DNA of 63,483 nucleotides, filler included, from Choristocarpus tenellus KU-1152 (lineage: Eukaryota; Protista; Phaeophyceae): assembly GCA_964200185.2 (NCBI GenBank). It is 8 parts of 8 records of this genome, joined end to end, with 100 filler letters (N's around TTAATTAATTAA, not from the genome) between each part and the next. Parts side by side here need not be neighbours in the genome. Positions count along the whole stretch, not along the records: positions 13,040 to 22,601 come from CAXNAD020003574.1; positions 22,702 to 31,076 come from CAXNAD020004794.1; 6 more parts are not named here. The stretch is one strand, 5' to 3'. Both the position numbers and the translations under genes were made by a program. The notes under the pieces are model-generated. The model saw only the letters and a program-made list of their open reading frames with translations, was not told the DNA's origin and did no database searches. This document shows positions 13,995 through 26,800 of the stretch, piece after piece (the first letter of the stretch is position 1; the number at the start of each line of letters is the position of its first letter).

Positions 13995-14625
13995 GAAGGC
14001 ACATGTTCACCGTCTTCAACTCTGGCACGGCCAGCCCAAATAGACATCTTCACAAACATTGTCATCATCCTGCCCAAGCTTTCTCGGGTCTAAGACGCAA
14101 TGGTTGCATTGTCCGCATAGAGCATACCCTACCGGTGCCGTCGAAGTGTTGCTCCACTCCCTGTTGCTCCTCCTCCTCTGATCTGGTTATCTTTCGTAGC
14201 TCCGTTGACGACAACAAGGTATTTGGAGAAGGTCTGGTCGGCGTTGAACTCCGCGACTTGATACACTTAGCACTTCAGAGAAGATTTTGAACAGGATGGG
14301 GACAAGAATACGCCCTTCCCGAAGGCCTTGTCCGACCTCCAATCTATCCATAAACTATCCATCATCTGTTCGGAAGCATGGTCACTTTCCATCTTAGATA
14401 ATTAACAGACGAGTGAAACAAGCTTTTCAGGCGACCCAAACTTTACAAGGACAGGCTGAGGAGATCACGGTCAAGGAGTCATTTGTTTCCAGTAGCACAA
14501 AAAAACGCATCAGAGGCACACTATGCAGATAGAGGTCTTGAAGGGCGCGTAAGCTGCACATCATGTTCGTTGTAGAGTTTCGGGGTCGGAAACCAAGCTG
14601 TTCTTCATGTAGAATGATCTCTTGC
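13995..14625 (-). mobile_element. Decayed non-LTR retrotransposon (LINE, RTE-like) reverse transcriptase fragment
   Basis: Minus-strand translation with stops and frameshifts: EQLGFRPRNSTTNMM (cf. EQxGFRxxRSTxD), QGLREGRILVPILFKIF (cf. QGLRQGCxLSPxLFNI), GMLYADNA (cf. YADD), GLAVPELKT. Confidence 0.85.
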
Positions 14626-15409
14626 TTTGCTTTTTATCTTGATTGTCCTGCACAACCTTGAGAAACATTTTGCCAGCATATGCCATCTATATATTTCAAT
14701 ATTATCGGACCCCAGGTGACCCTTATACCGGTATACTCTAACAAGACTAGTCCATGACCATCAATTGCTTCAACATGTCTGGGGAAGGAAGGTAAGACGA
14801 CGTTATCCCACCATACACATGATTTTTTGTTGTACAAACAAGATACTTTCTATGAAGCAGTAATGTACATAGATACATAGAAAATTTAGAGAGGGTGCTC
14901 TGGAGCTTGCTCTGGGAGAGGTCCACTCCCAGAAACTCTCTTTCCTAGAACTACAACCAAGTGTTGTGTGACATTCATTTGTGGAGGGGGAGGAGAAAGC
15001 TTGAGGGCGGAAGACTGACTGCCTTGTATGGGCAGATGAAAATGTTGGAAGTGGGGCTATCTGGGCACATGAGCTGGATAAAATGAGGGGAAGCAAGTAC
15101 ACGAGAAGATATGCTGCAGTTGGTGTCTTCTTCCCTCTTATCCTGGGAAGAGCATGTGCATTATGGGGAGAAGGGTGTGTGAACTGGTGTCTAAGTGGTC
15201 CTGAGGGGAGAACACAATGCCCTTATGAGCTCTCAGAGCTGGTAGAGTCGTCGAAGTCGGGAAACCTCGTTCCAGGTGTGACATTGGGATGGTCTCATGT
15301 GGTCACAACACAATGTCTCTATTTTTTTTGTCCAGTTGCTTTCGTTGCCAGACGTGCAAAACTATAATTGCGTGGTGACTGTGGGATTTAGAATTGGAGG
15401 GAGACGAAG

Positions 15410-18400
15410 ATGGCCTCGGCATGCTGCTGTTTCGATATCAACGTTTGCTTAGGTATCGCGCCTGCTGAAGGGTGCTGGTCTACATGTCATGGATGGGTTA
15501 GGGTTGTACTTATTTCTTCATTAACCTCACCTCGTGGTCTCGTCCATGCACAGATTCTGAGGATGAACAGGATCCTGGAGTTGTGACCCAACCTATTTCC
15601 AGTGAACTAAGCACCACCAGGAGCAAAGACCAGGTGAACAAGTTGAGAGGTGGCTACGAGGCAGAACGTGGGGGTGGTGACGCCACCTCCGAGGACGAGG
15701 CAGACCCGTCGGGCGCTCAACCGTGGTGGTCGAGCCCAAGGAACAGGGATGACCTCTATTCTGAGGTACGAATCAAGATGGAGTTTTAACTAGTTGTTTT
15801 ATCTTTGATTAGATGCGCCCACTGCAACTATGAAGGTCAATTCGGGGGCTCCACTTGTAGCTCCGTAAACGCCCCAATCATGAGGACATTATGAAGAGGG
15901 GTTGCAGCCACTTGCCCTGATCGTGTGTCGAAAGTGAGGCAGGAATTAGGGTAAGATTACGTCCTCGTTCTTCCTACTCCCGATTCGAACTTACCATGCA
16001 TTGGGTTACGTGCCGACAGCTGAATCGTTGGTGACAAACTCAAGAGTACCCTCTCGCACCGCCATGCTTGTGCTGACAATCACAGCATAATAGAGGGCGT
16101 TCACAAGGGAGATCCAGAGGTTTCAACAGGCCGGGTACTGTCACAGATGAATGGGTGAGAGGAGGGACTAGAGGAGGGGCTAGAGGAGGGCTCTAGATTT
16201 GAATATCCCAACTACTGGTAGTGGTTTCTCAAGGACTCTTCAAGTAGTGCCTGGTGCGTATATTCAGTTTATTTGAACAGTGAAGTACATTTGCATACAT
16301 ATATATTTTTGGTCGTTTGGCTTTCTTCTCACTTGATGGGTACATACTGCAAGATTGACCATGCTCCTTACCACCTGTCATTCTGGAATTGCCAGCGATG
16401 CTCTCTTCTGCCAGAGTGCAAAAGGCAACAAGTGTTGCCATTGATCACAATTGCGCTCGAACTACATTTGCATTGTAGAAGGTGGTGCATTGCAACTGCT
16501 TGCTGTTCTATGTGAGCAAATTTCAATTTCTGTGGTGCACCCTTTTCATCTATTTCCACTCAACCTCCTTTGTCCTTACTTAACTTCAACGGAGAAAAAT
16601 CCTTGTTTGCATGGGCTTCCCTCATGGCTGTGTGGGCAGGGTTTGGATTATACCTTGTTCTTTCTCTATGTAACATATTGATGGCATTTTTGGACTTGCC
16701 CTTGAAGGTCATGCTCACACTCTTGCTACTCCAAATGCCATATTCCACCCATTGTTCCCAGATGGAATAGGGAAGACCTCAGGTTGATTGGAATGTATCA
16801 GTTTGTAAACCCTTTTATCACATCCCTTATTAGCCTCCCCTCTACCATGCATGAACACCTCTCTAAGTTGCCTTTTACTGTCTTGACCTTACCCTGTTGC
16901 TCTTTCCTCTGTTCACAGGGTACCCCCCTCACAAGCGTCAGGGAGGTGGAGGGGGGTCGGTGGTCAGAGAGTATCTCTGCAGTAAAGGGATCTTTCCGGA
17001 GGCTCCTGGGTGCTGGCGATCGAAGTGGGGGACAAACCCGAGGGTTACACCAAGGTCAAGGGCAGGGATATGCTAACCGGGCTCGACGAGGACATTTGCC
17101 AGAAAGAGACTGGAGGGATGATGCTGGTTCAGCTGGTGGTTACTATGAACAGGGGAGTAGAGATAGGACCATGGGGTCTGGTCGTAGGAGTGAGAAGGGG
17201 TCATTGGAGGAAGGAGGTAGGGGACTGGAGAGACCAGAGGGAGATGCTGTGGGGATGAACCAATGGGAGTCAGGAGAGTCACAGACAATGCAACAGCATC
17301 AGTTTTATCCCCCACCACAAAGAAACCAGCCAGAGGAGCAGCAAGGTCCATGGGAAGTTCAAAGGGGTGTTGGTGGTTCCTCGCCCCCTCCCCCCCAGCT
17401 GTCGCCATCACGCTATGACCAGAAAGATCCTTCAGAGGGTTTCCATGTGGATGGAAGGCAGGAGGTGGTTCAGGGCTTCTCAAACGCTGGAGGAGTGGAG
17501 ACTGGAGCTGGAGCTGATCCTAGGACTGGTGCTGAGATTAGTGCTCAAGGATCTTTCCATGGTGTAGCCAGAGGTGAATACCCTAAATCTGCTATGGGTG
17601 AGGGTATGCCCTACCCTCTACCAGATGGCTACTCCTTCCCTCCTCCCCCTCCCCCTCCCCCACAGGCATTGCAACAGCAGCAACCTCCTTCATCGCCCCT
17701 GTCTTTGGTTGCTGGTGCTACGCATGATAATCCTGTTTGGGAGGGGCAGGAAGGTTCAATGTCAAGAGAAGGCGGTGGGGGAATTGATGGGGCAAATGTT
17801 TGGATAGATCGTAAAGGAGGGGTGGGAGTGGGGGAAGCTGGGAGGGGAGTGGTGCGAGATGGGCCGACTGGGAAGACTGAGAAGAGGTTGGGAGATGAGG
17901 GAGGCAGTCATGGTGGTCTTCACCCTGATGAGGTGGCAGCTTTTTATGCTTCTCAGACAGGGTATGGTGATGGTGGTACTGAGAATTCACCTCTTGGGGG
18001 GAGAGGGGAAGGTGAGGAAGTTTGTTGACTGGAGTTTCAAGGGATGCTATGTTGTATGCCTGTGGTTGGGGTCTAGGGTTGGGTCTTGCTGCGTCTTCGT
18101 ATTGTGAATGTTCAATTGATTATGGAATAGTGGGGTCAGGTACTACTATTGCAGGAGAGGGTTGCGTCACATTTAAGGTGAGCCCTTTTGACTCCAGAGT
18201 GTTTTTGTATTTATCCAATTGTTCCTGTAATGTATTTGTTAAGCAGTCTAGGGAGTCTGCTAATATTCCTTTTTTTGTATGGATAGCCAGGCACACTTGT
18301 GAGACTTACAAACTCGTGCACCCATCAGGACTTACCTTTGGAAAGTCTGATGCTGATAGGCCAGGTTGGGCAGACAAAGTGGAGGGGGCTGATGCTTGGG

Positions 18401-18540
18401 GGGATGTGGACGGTCAAGGTCAAGACAAAGAAGGAAGGGGGGGCTGGCGAGGCAGGGGAGAGAGAGTCTCGGGGAGGATATCTGTGAAGTCATTGCGAGG
18501 CCATTACAACTTAGAGAACTGGGATGACGAGGAGGTGTGA
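15410..18540 (+). CDS. Uncharacterised Gly/Pro/Gln-rich low-complexity protein. Tentative exons 15410..15452, 15554..15765, 16919..18011, 18329..18540
   Basis: Long open exon within ORF 16784..18028 behind a polypyrimidine-CAG acceptor. The proposed GT-AG junctions keep frame (phases 1, 0, 1). No recognisable domain; the first exon is uncertain. Confidence 0.55.
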
Positions 18541-20517
18541 TAAAATCAATGTAGCTGGATGGATGGAATTCTTTTCACACCTTTTCCCCTCCCCCCCTGC
18601 TCCCCTCCAAACACTGTCTTTCATTTCATTTGAAGTTGTAGTGAATTGACTTTGTGCATAGAGGTTAGTTGTGGGTTATTGCAACAAGAGGAAATGCTTG
18701 AACACTGCTCCTAGTCTCATGAACTTGATATGAAGGATGTGATAGTATTAATTGTATAGTGTGATGATATTAATATGAATGACATGATTCATTTTTTGAT
18801 ATGAACAAATAATCGTTTTTTATCTTGTGGATAGTAGGATGACGCAGTCACGATGCTGACCCCCTGAATTGTGAAAAGTATACTGAGACCCTATGCAGCA
18901 GCTTTTTGGTATATTTTTTCCTTAGCTTGAAATATAATGTACTTATCAATTAGCCATCAAAACACTGAGGTATTCTTGTGGGATAGCACTACAATACCAA
19001 GAATAGGTATGTAATATACAAGTATACAACACGAATCACACCCTCCACCTTCCTTGAGGAGGGATGAGTTGTATGTATATGTCTTTTAATGATTTTTATC
19101 ACCTCCTCCCCACAGTGCTATTTTCCACAGATTTGTGGGAATTGAATGCATTTTCCATGAGGAAACTAACTGTCACAATCTCATGAGTTGATCCCTCTTG
19201 GCAAGGAAGATTTTTTTTTTGAACTGGAAGAAGTACCCCAGACACCATCTGTACATGTTTAATGTGGAAGAAACTTGATATAAATAGTGGGATATTATTT
19301 CACTGTGAATAGTGTGATGCAGTATTTATGCAAGCATTGATTCTATTTATGTGAGTAGTGCAATTGTATCTTCAAGCTTATCATTTTTACAATATTGCAA
19401 TAGGTGCTGTATGTGTAGATAACACGTTAGTACCAGCTGCAAGAGTTGAACTGAATGCCTGGGGCGGAGGATAGCACAGACAGGGTGGAGGACAGCACAG
19501 ACAGGACCGGTCTTGCCGAGGGTTGCAATTTTTTTAGATTTCTGATATCTGTTGCTGAGATTGATGACTGTGAGAGAGTAAAGCTCTGCTCTAATCAACC
19601 ACCCACACCTGTGTAGTCATGGAACTACAACCTCAAATCGTCAGTGTTGTAGCAACATCAGTAGTGAAGTGATCAAGAAATTGTACCTGTTTCTAGGTGC
19701 ACATCTCTAGAGTGTTGTAACTATTTTGAGACAACCCCGCCCCACAGCAAAAATATAAAAATACCCACCAGTCAGCCAGCTTCAGCAAAGAAATGCAATG
19801 AAGGTGAAAGTATGCACTTCGCAGTTGCACGTATATATATATATAAGCACGACCCAATCTGCGACCCGATGATGTTGAAATATCTCACATTTTTCCCTAA
19901 CCCTGAAATGGAAGGGGTGCTCTGAGATGGTCGTATTTGAAGGTGCTCTGCCATCGCTTTGCTTTGCAATGACATTATAATAATCTTGATCTGGATAGTG
20001 TATGTTAACGGTAAGAATTGCTGGGAGTGCAGATTCTTTTTTAAATACTCTTTTTTTAGAGCACTCTTTTTTAGTGCCCTTCTGTAGTGCTGTGTAATAT
20101 TGAAGTATGTGATCTCTTTGTGTACGTTTTTTTAATATATATATATATATATAAATATAAGAGATGGTTTCTTGATTTATAAAGAAAAAAGAAGGTTTGC
20201 AAGGAGGGGAGTGAAGAGACATTTTGAAATGCTGTGGTTTTGGTTTATTTAGGGCTGGCGTTTGTGTCCGATTCCTCACTGCTTGCAACCATGGCGTACG
20301 CGTATGTGCACTTTCAAGTAGATATCATGATGTGTACTTCCCCTTTCCCAACACCAATGCCATATGTTTGAAAGCTTTTGATCTGGGTCCAGGGTCCCTC
20401 CCCCCAAAAACCTTCTGCAGTACCTCCAATTTCCTCATTGCTTTCAGCCCCTCTTCTCCCCAAACTCAGACCTCTACCATTCGCTTCCCCCTCCCTGTCT
20501 CTAAACCCAACACTCAG

Positions 20518-21466
20518 GAGGGTCCCGTGGTCATTTCGGCCTTGCACAATACCTGGGATGGTGTTGTTCGGACTGGTGGTATGCTCGCATCACTCTGTGC
20601 AGCACCCTGGATGGCGTTTTCAGTGCCGTTGTCAACTCTGAGAGTTTTGGCTTGCGCGAGTGGGGCTGCCCCCCTCTTCCTATGGCTCCTGTTGTCAGTG
20701 GGGCGGGGGGTTGCACCCGTTGTTGTGGCTTATCTAGCAGCCAGGTGACTGATGATGGTGATTGGAAGTGGGTCATACATTAGAACTGGGATTTGGGTAG
20801 TTTTAGGGTTTTGTATGGGAGGTGGGCGCTGGGAGGGGTGGGAGGTTGGGTGAGGAAAGTGGGGTGACTGTTGTGGGGTGATGAGTCTGTTCCTGTTGAT
20901 TATCAAGAGGATCAGTGCATTGTAGGATTGTTGTACTTAGCTTGGCATATATGATTTAACACATGAATACATACACACACACACACACACCTATGTATGT
21001 ATGCTATGCGCAGTAGTGTAAGAGTGTATTTGTAAGGGTATGGGTTGTGGGATTACATACACTAAATGGTATGTTTTCCCCTGAGAATAGATTAATCTTT
21101 TTGTGTACTATTGATACAGTGCATCCTTATAGTAAACTTTTGAACCAGTTGGTCCAGTGTGCAGTAGGATGAAATAGTGTGTTTGGTTCTATTCTGTATT
21201 GTCTAAACTGGTCCGATATTGTCTCCTCTTTATCTCCAACCCAACACACCATCTTCCTAGGTTGGTCAGTTGTACTGCCTTGTTGTCGACAGGCCGATAT
21301 GTGCTAAGAGCAGCCTCAGTGGTGGACATGAGACACGACTGCATTGTCCTTGCTGCCCAGCAGGCAGGAGTTGGGATAGCTCTGACAGCAGCTACAGGGA
21401 TTGTAAGGGGCTGGCTTCAACCCCGGGCAAAAGAGAGATCAGCTGCGCTTTCCTGCCGTGCTCTGG
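20518..21466 (+). CDS. Internal exons (20518..20744, 21261..21466) of an uncharacterised hydrophobic, probably membrane, protein; ends not resolved
   Basis: Two open exons with AG and GT borders joined at phase 2. Ala/Leu/Val/Gly-rich segments such as LFLWLLLSVGRGVAPVVVAYLAA. No family recognised. Confidence 0.45.
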
Positions 21467-22092
21467 TGAGTGTGCTATGGGAATTTCTTGGGGATGAGGG
21501 CAGTTTGAGGTGGTGGGGAGGAGGTTGATGGTGCTGTTCAGGCTTGTTGAACTGTTTTCTTCATTAGGACTGCAGCAGGGACTAGAGACTTTCACAGTGG
21601 CTGAGTGGGTGACGCCAGTGCTTTTACCTCAAAGTCTTAGATGTTCTAACAATGGTTGATGCAGAACTTTCTTCCTGTGGCTAATCTCATTTCAAAAGTC
21701 ACATGGAGGGCACTGCAGAATCTATTTCTGTACATACTTTTCCCACAGGAGCACGCCACATAAGCAGAAAACTGTGTTGGCTGTTGATTTATTCATAGAG
21801 TGATACCGCCACGAGAGGTTGCTCCAGGTTTGAAAAGGACAGTCAGTACATTGTGGCTATGAAAGAAAATATGTTCATGGGGCAAGCTTGTGGAGTTGCT
21901 TTTACCATTCGGGGTAAATGCATAGCAGTTGTAACTTTCCGTTGACTAGTCAGCGATCGACCAATGAAAACGCTTCCTTCCATACTGCAATTACCTTTTA
22001 AGAGGGGGAGCTGACATGCAGAGGAATGGTGGAGACCAACACTCGAGAAGCGAGTCATGCAGTGGGAGGTATTTGTGGTGTAGTTGTTGTGT

Positions 22093-22297
22093 ACAGTGCG
22101 GAATAGTTTAATGGTTGGTTGTTTTGCACCCCTTGTACCAGAAGATGATGTCATAAACAGTGTGGAATAGTTTAATGGTTGGTTGTTTTGCACCCCTTGT
22201 ACCAGAAGATGATGTCATAAACAGTGTGGAATAGTTTAATGGTTGGTTGTTTTGCACCCCTTGTACCAAAAGATGATGTCATAAGATGATGTCATAA
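22093..22297. repeat. 64-bp tandem repeat, 3 near-identical copies plus a 13-bp partial duplication
   Basis: Unit ACAGTGTGGAATAGTTTAATGGTTGGTTGTTTTGCACCCCTTGTACCAGAAGATGATGTCATAA. Confidence 0.95.
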
Positions 22298-23837
22298 TCA
22301 CTATACTAAATGGCAGTAGCAATAAAAAGTTGTGATGGCAGGAGTAATTGTTTGAAGGGGTGGTGTAAGGTGTAAGGGCGAAGAAGGTGTTGTGCACCAG
22401 ATGGTGGGGATTCAACTGTAAATGAAATGGGTTTGGTGGTGGTTATGACTGGGTTGATAGTTTTGTGTATTCAATGAAAATACTTCAATTTGATATTTTG
22501 AGCAAGTACAACTCCTATCAGACTCCAGATGCTCCTACCTGTGCCCCCCCCCCGTCCCGTCCCACATGCCAAGGACAAAGTTAGTATTCTACATTTTAAA
22601 TNNNNNNNNNNNNNNNNNNNNNNNNNNNNNNNNNNNNNNNNNNNNTTAATTAATTAANNNNNNNNNNNNNNNNNNNNNNNNNNNNNNNNNNNNNNNNNNN
22701 NATGCGTTTAAGCTGGAGACACCAGGGAGATGGGCAAGGAGGGACCTATCAGATTCTTGGGATGTTTCCCTAGCGCTCCTCGCCCTGTGATATAGGGCTA
22801 AGCTTGGTTGGAGGCATAGTAGGAGGGGAGTGGTGTAGCATCAGTGGTAGTCAAATAGTATATCTTTCATATTTACGACAACTGTTACTTTTATAAGAAG
22901 AGTTGTTATGACATTGAATTGGCTTTTGATTGTTTTTTCCCTGTCACATCATCTGTAAAATGTCAGAGGGTATAGAAATGAAACTTTCCTGCCCCGAGTT
23001 TGTCTGACCCTTCTCCAGAGATCAATTCTTACAGAGTTAAGTCGCGTCCTCGCCCTCTCACACGTTTCTTTTTGTATACTGCTATACCCTCTAATATTAT
23101 ATCCACTATAATATATGATCGTACTGCTATACATAAACTGGAGGTTATAGTAGGAAAGGAGTAAAATCCCGACTACGGCAAATTATAGCGGTAACTGCGC
23201 AAGAGGCACTGTCTAGACTTGTCATGCGTTTTCATGCGATCATGGTTGATGTGGTTGGAAAGGGAAGGATAGGACTAGTTATGAATGTTGAAAGACACAA
23301 GATCGACCTAACACCTCAAGAAATAAAACAAAATGCGCGCGTCTACAGACACACGAACTTAACCAACCCTTAACTGTCCATCTTACAACTTCATCATTGT
23401 GATAGCATCCTTTGAATACCAAAAAGTCTGCAGACCTGGAGTCTGCAGTTGTTGAGAGTGTGCCCTGCTAGACAGGATGCTGAACCTCCTCGGCGAAATG
23501 TATGTAAACACCCCGAACCGTGCTATAGATAGGAGTGCCAATGAGCACAATCTTGGTGTTAATGTCACCGAATCTCACCCCTTGCCAATTCAAACTTGTA
23601 CTTAGTGGACATCCAGACATCCAGACGTAAAAATAAAGTTTCGCTCAGTCTATAGTACTTTGCCATAAGTTTTGGATCCCAAAGGTTATTCAACTTTCTC
23701 TGCTCAAGTCTGGAGGGTATAGCAACAACAAATTTAGAGACGAGAATATTTGAACACCTTGGTGTCATGGATATGTCATGTGACCATCCAGCACTTGACC
23801 TGCGTATCTGTCATCGTATGAACCCACAGACCCTAAT

Positions 23838-26800
23838 ATGAGTACGATACGGAGAATTCCCCAAGAACTGGGACGTCGAGAGATAACTAGCTTGCAGCTT
23901 GCTCCTGGAACCGTCGAAAAACTTCTTCGTGCTGGTTTTCGTTCCCTGGCAGATGTCGACGGCGTACAGCCAGTGGAACTTGCTCAAGGTGAGATTCCAA
24001 TTATTCTCATTAGGAGGACGCTGGCATTTACCATTGCAGCATAGTCTGTTATTGCTTGTTCCTGAGCAAGGACTTGGGTGTGGCGGGGGGTATCCAGGAA
24101 CGTTCTTAGGAGATCCGCATGCTATGCCAAGAAGAGATGGACAATGTACCTCAAGTATAAAACACGGCTTACCGAAGGTTTAGTACGCCACTAACAACTA
24201 CCTACCCTCTATCGATTTTCTCCAACCGCAGAGTTAAAGGTGACCCCTCAGGAAGCACTAAAGATCCTACAAGATGTGTTGCTGTCGGCAGTAGGTCCTG
24301 GAGCCTCCCCACCAGGAGTGGGGAGTGGGCAGGAAGGAAGGGGGAGCAAACAGGTCTGTGTAAGGTTCTATCTACAGCATGGGGACTGGTTGAGGGTGTT
24401 GACTTGTGTCTGGTCCCAGAAAATCTGGCAAAAACCTTGTTTACACCGCCTCATTGTCGTACTTTGGTTTGAGGTTCTCTTTGGGTGTGCCGTGGATCAC
24501 CTTCACTGAATCCGTCTTTGGAGGTGCTTCTTGCTGCTGCACAGCAGATATGACTCCTGGACTGCACTGTGCTGCTTTCTACTCTAGAGCAATGTTTTTA
24601 ATCTTTGTGAGGACCTTGTGCGCGTCCTACTTTTATCAGGCTACCAAATCTACTGAGTCTGATTGCATGTGATGTATCTTCGAAGTACGCAACTCGATCC
24701 AAGTGATGCCACCCTAACATTATAGGCAATATGCTTTCCTTGCTTTCCCAGCCTCCTCTTACTCCAATGTTTGTCACGGAACACCTCTGCGTTAATGTTT
24801 GCTCCTTGGTCAAGTTATGAGGATCATGGTATGACTCTATCTTTTTTCACTGTTTGCCTCAATTAAGTTGTCTGCACGAGAGTGATGGAGCCGAAAAAAG
24901 AAGGGGAAGATCCTTGTCTCTGGTCCTTTTCAGTTGGCTGAGTCCTTATCGAGTCCGATGCACTTATCTGAACCCCTGCTGACTATCTGACATGGCTAGT
25001 CCATGCATATATACGATGACCCCGTCCATCTAAGAACTGTCATGCTTGCAGGAGCTGTTTGTTCACAATTGTATTGATTGTATTGCTGGAATTGCATCAA
25101 TTGGGAGCATAGACCTACCTATGGTACGGGCGGATTGTGCGTCTGTCTTTCATTAGGGCGAACAGGGAATGCGATTAGTATCCGATCACATTTCATTATC
25201 AACCTGCAACACATTGCATTCACAGCTATCGGATAGTGTGTTTGATTTCAGCGTTTGAACTCGGTGCTTCCACAGTGCCATGTTGAATCTCATTCACATG
25301 CATCCCTCTTTGTTGAGGTAGGCTGTCCTCTCTGCCCCATCCACAACAAGGTTTCCCTTCGTCGTTTGATGCAAACAAAGCGACAGTCTAAGCATGGTGA
25401 CGGTAAGCTTTGGACTCCGTGGTGACTGCTCTTGGAGTTGAGAGAGATCATTGCCATGACCGCCTCACCTTTTCAGGGAGATCCTATTGCGTTTTCACTT
25501 TCTGTGCATGACTCAACAAGTTGTGCACTTTCTGTTCAACAATTTTTGAATTTGGAATTTGGAAAACCGTGTTGCACTCCCTAAAACCCTTGCCTTTTTG
25601 TGTCATGAGGCGACTCCATCCCCTTTTGGAGGGCGAGGGTTAGAATGAGGGTTCCTAGCTTCGCCGACACGAACAAATTGGGTCTACGTTGAACCCAAGT
25701 CCAACATTGGTTGGTGTAATCAGTAGGTAGCTAGCGAGTTCTTCTTTTTGTGTATCCCAAATGCTCCGAATCTACGAAATGAGTTTCATGAGGGAGGGTC
25801 TTAAACGCCTGAACGGGCGGTCTTGTCGAGTGAACTATCAGGTTCACCAATTAAGACATTTTGTTATTTTTACAGACATTTCACGACCGTGATGTCTGAT
25901 ACTTTGAAGCGTACGTTGAATAGACGAGGCAGGCGATGCCACAGAGCACTAGATCTCCAACAGACTTTGATGATGTAGTTTAGAGTTATGAAATGCAAAT
26001 TTGTGCATGAGCAAGAGGCAGTCCTCCTTTTGCAGGAACTGTGGTAGAAGATTGGAGGGGTGTGTCCCTGTGCCGTCGGCTGTGTTGCCCTAAGCTTGGC
26101 TGATGAATTTGTTCTACGAAGCCACAAGTGCTGAAGGCTACAAGCTAAGAGTTTCACTTGTCAGGGCTCTGTGTCACTCCTCCAGAATTGGATGATAAAA
26201 GGACGATAAGGATGAACAGGAACATTTAACATCATACGACGCGATTCTTGCCATTTTTCCACCTCTATTCCTCCCGTGGTTGCTACTATTTATTACCTCA
26301 TGGTCCACAATCATGTGTGCAATCTTGTGTGCTCCAACAATCTAACACCTTGTGCTCCTTCCTTCGTCCTTCGATGCGAATCTAACTATGTCGCAGCGAT
26401 ACAGCCGACTCTCTATATTGCTCTCTTTTTGGATCTCTTTATTATACTCTTTTGTTGTTACGGAGTGTTTTTTTTGGGGGGGGGAGTATTTGTGTTCCCT
26501 GTGTTTATTTTTTTTTAAGTTGTTCCATGCGCCGGCAAGCGCTCCGGTAGGGACAGGTCCCTCTCTGGTTCTCCTGGGCTGTGCGCAGTGTCTTGCAAAG
26601 TCCCGGAAGTGATGCTTGAGAAAACCTTGCGAATAATCTTTCTTCTTTGTGTCAGTCCGGAATCGAACGTGGTACTGCTCAACTTTATGTGAGGTCAGCA
26701 CCTTCACCAGCCTTGACTGCCCCGAGGTTCTTGTTATTTATTTAGTTTTTTTTGTTTGTTTACATGAGAGCACACCCTGACTGGCTGCATTTGCGATATG

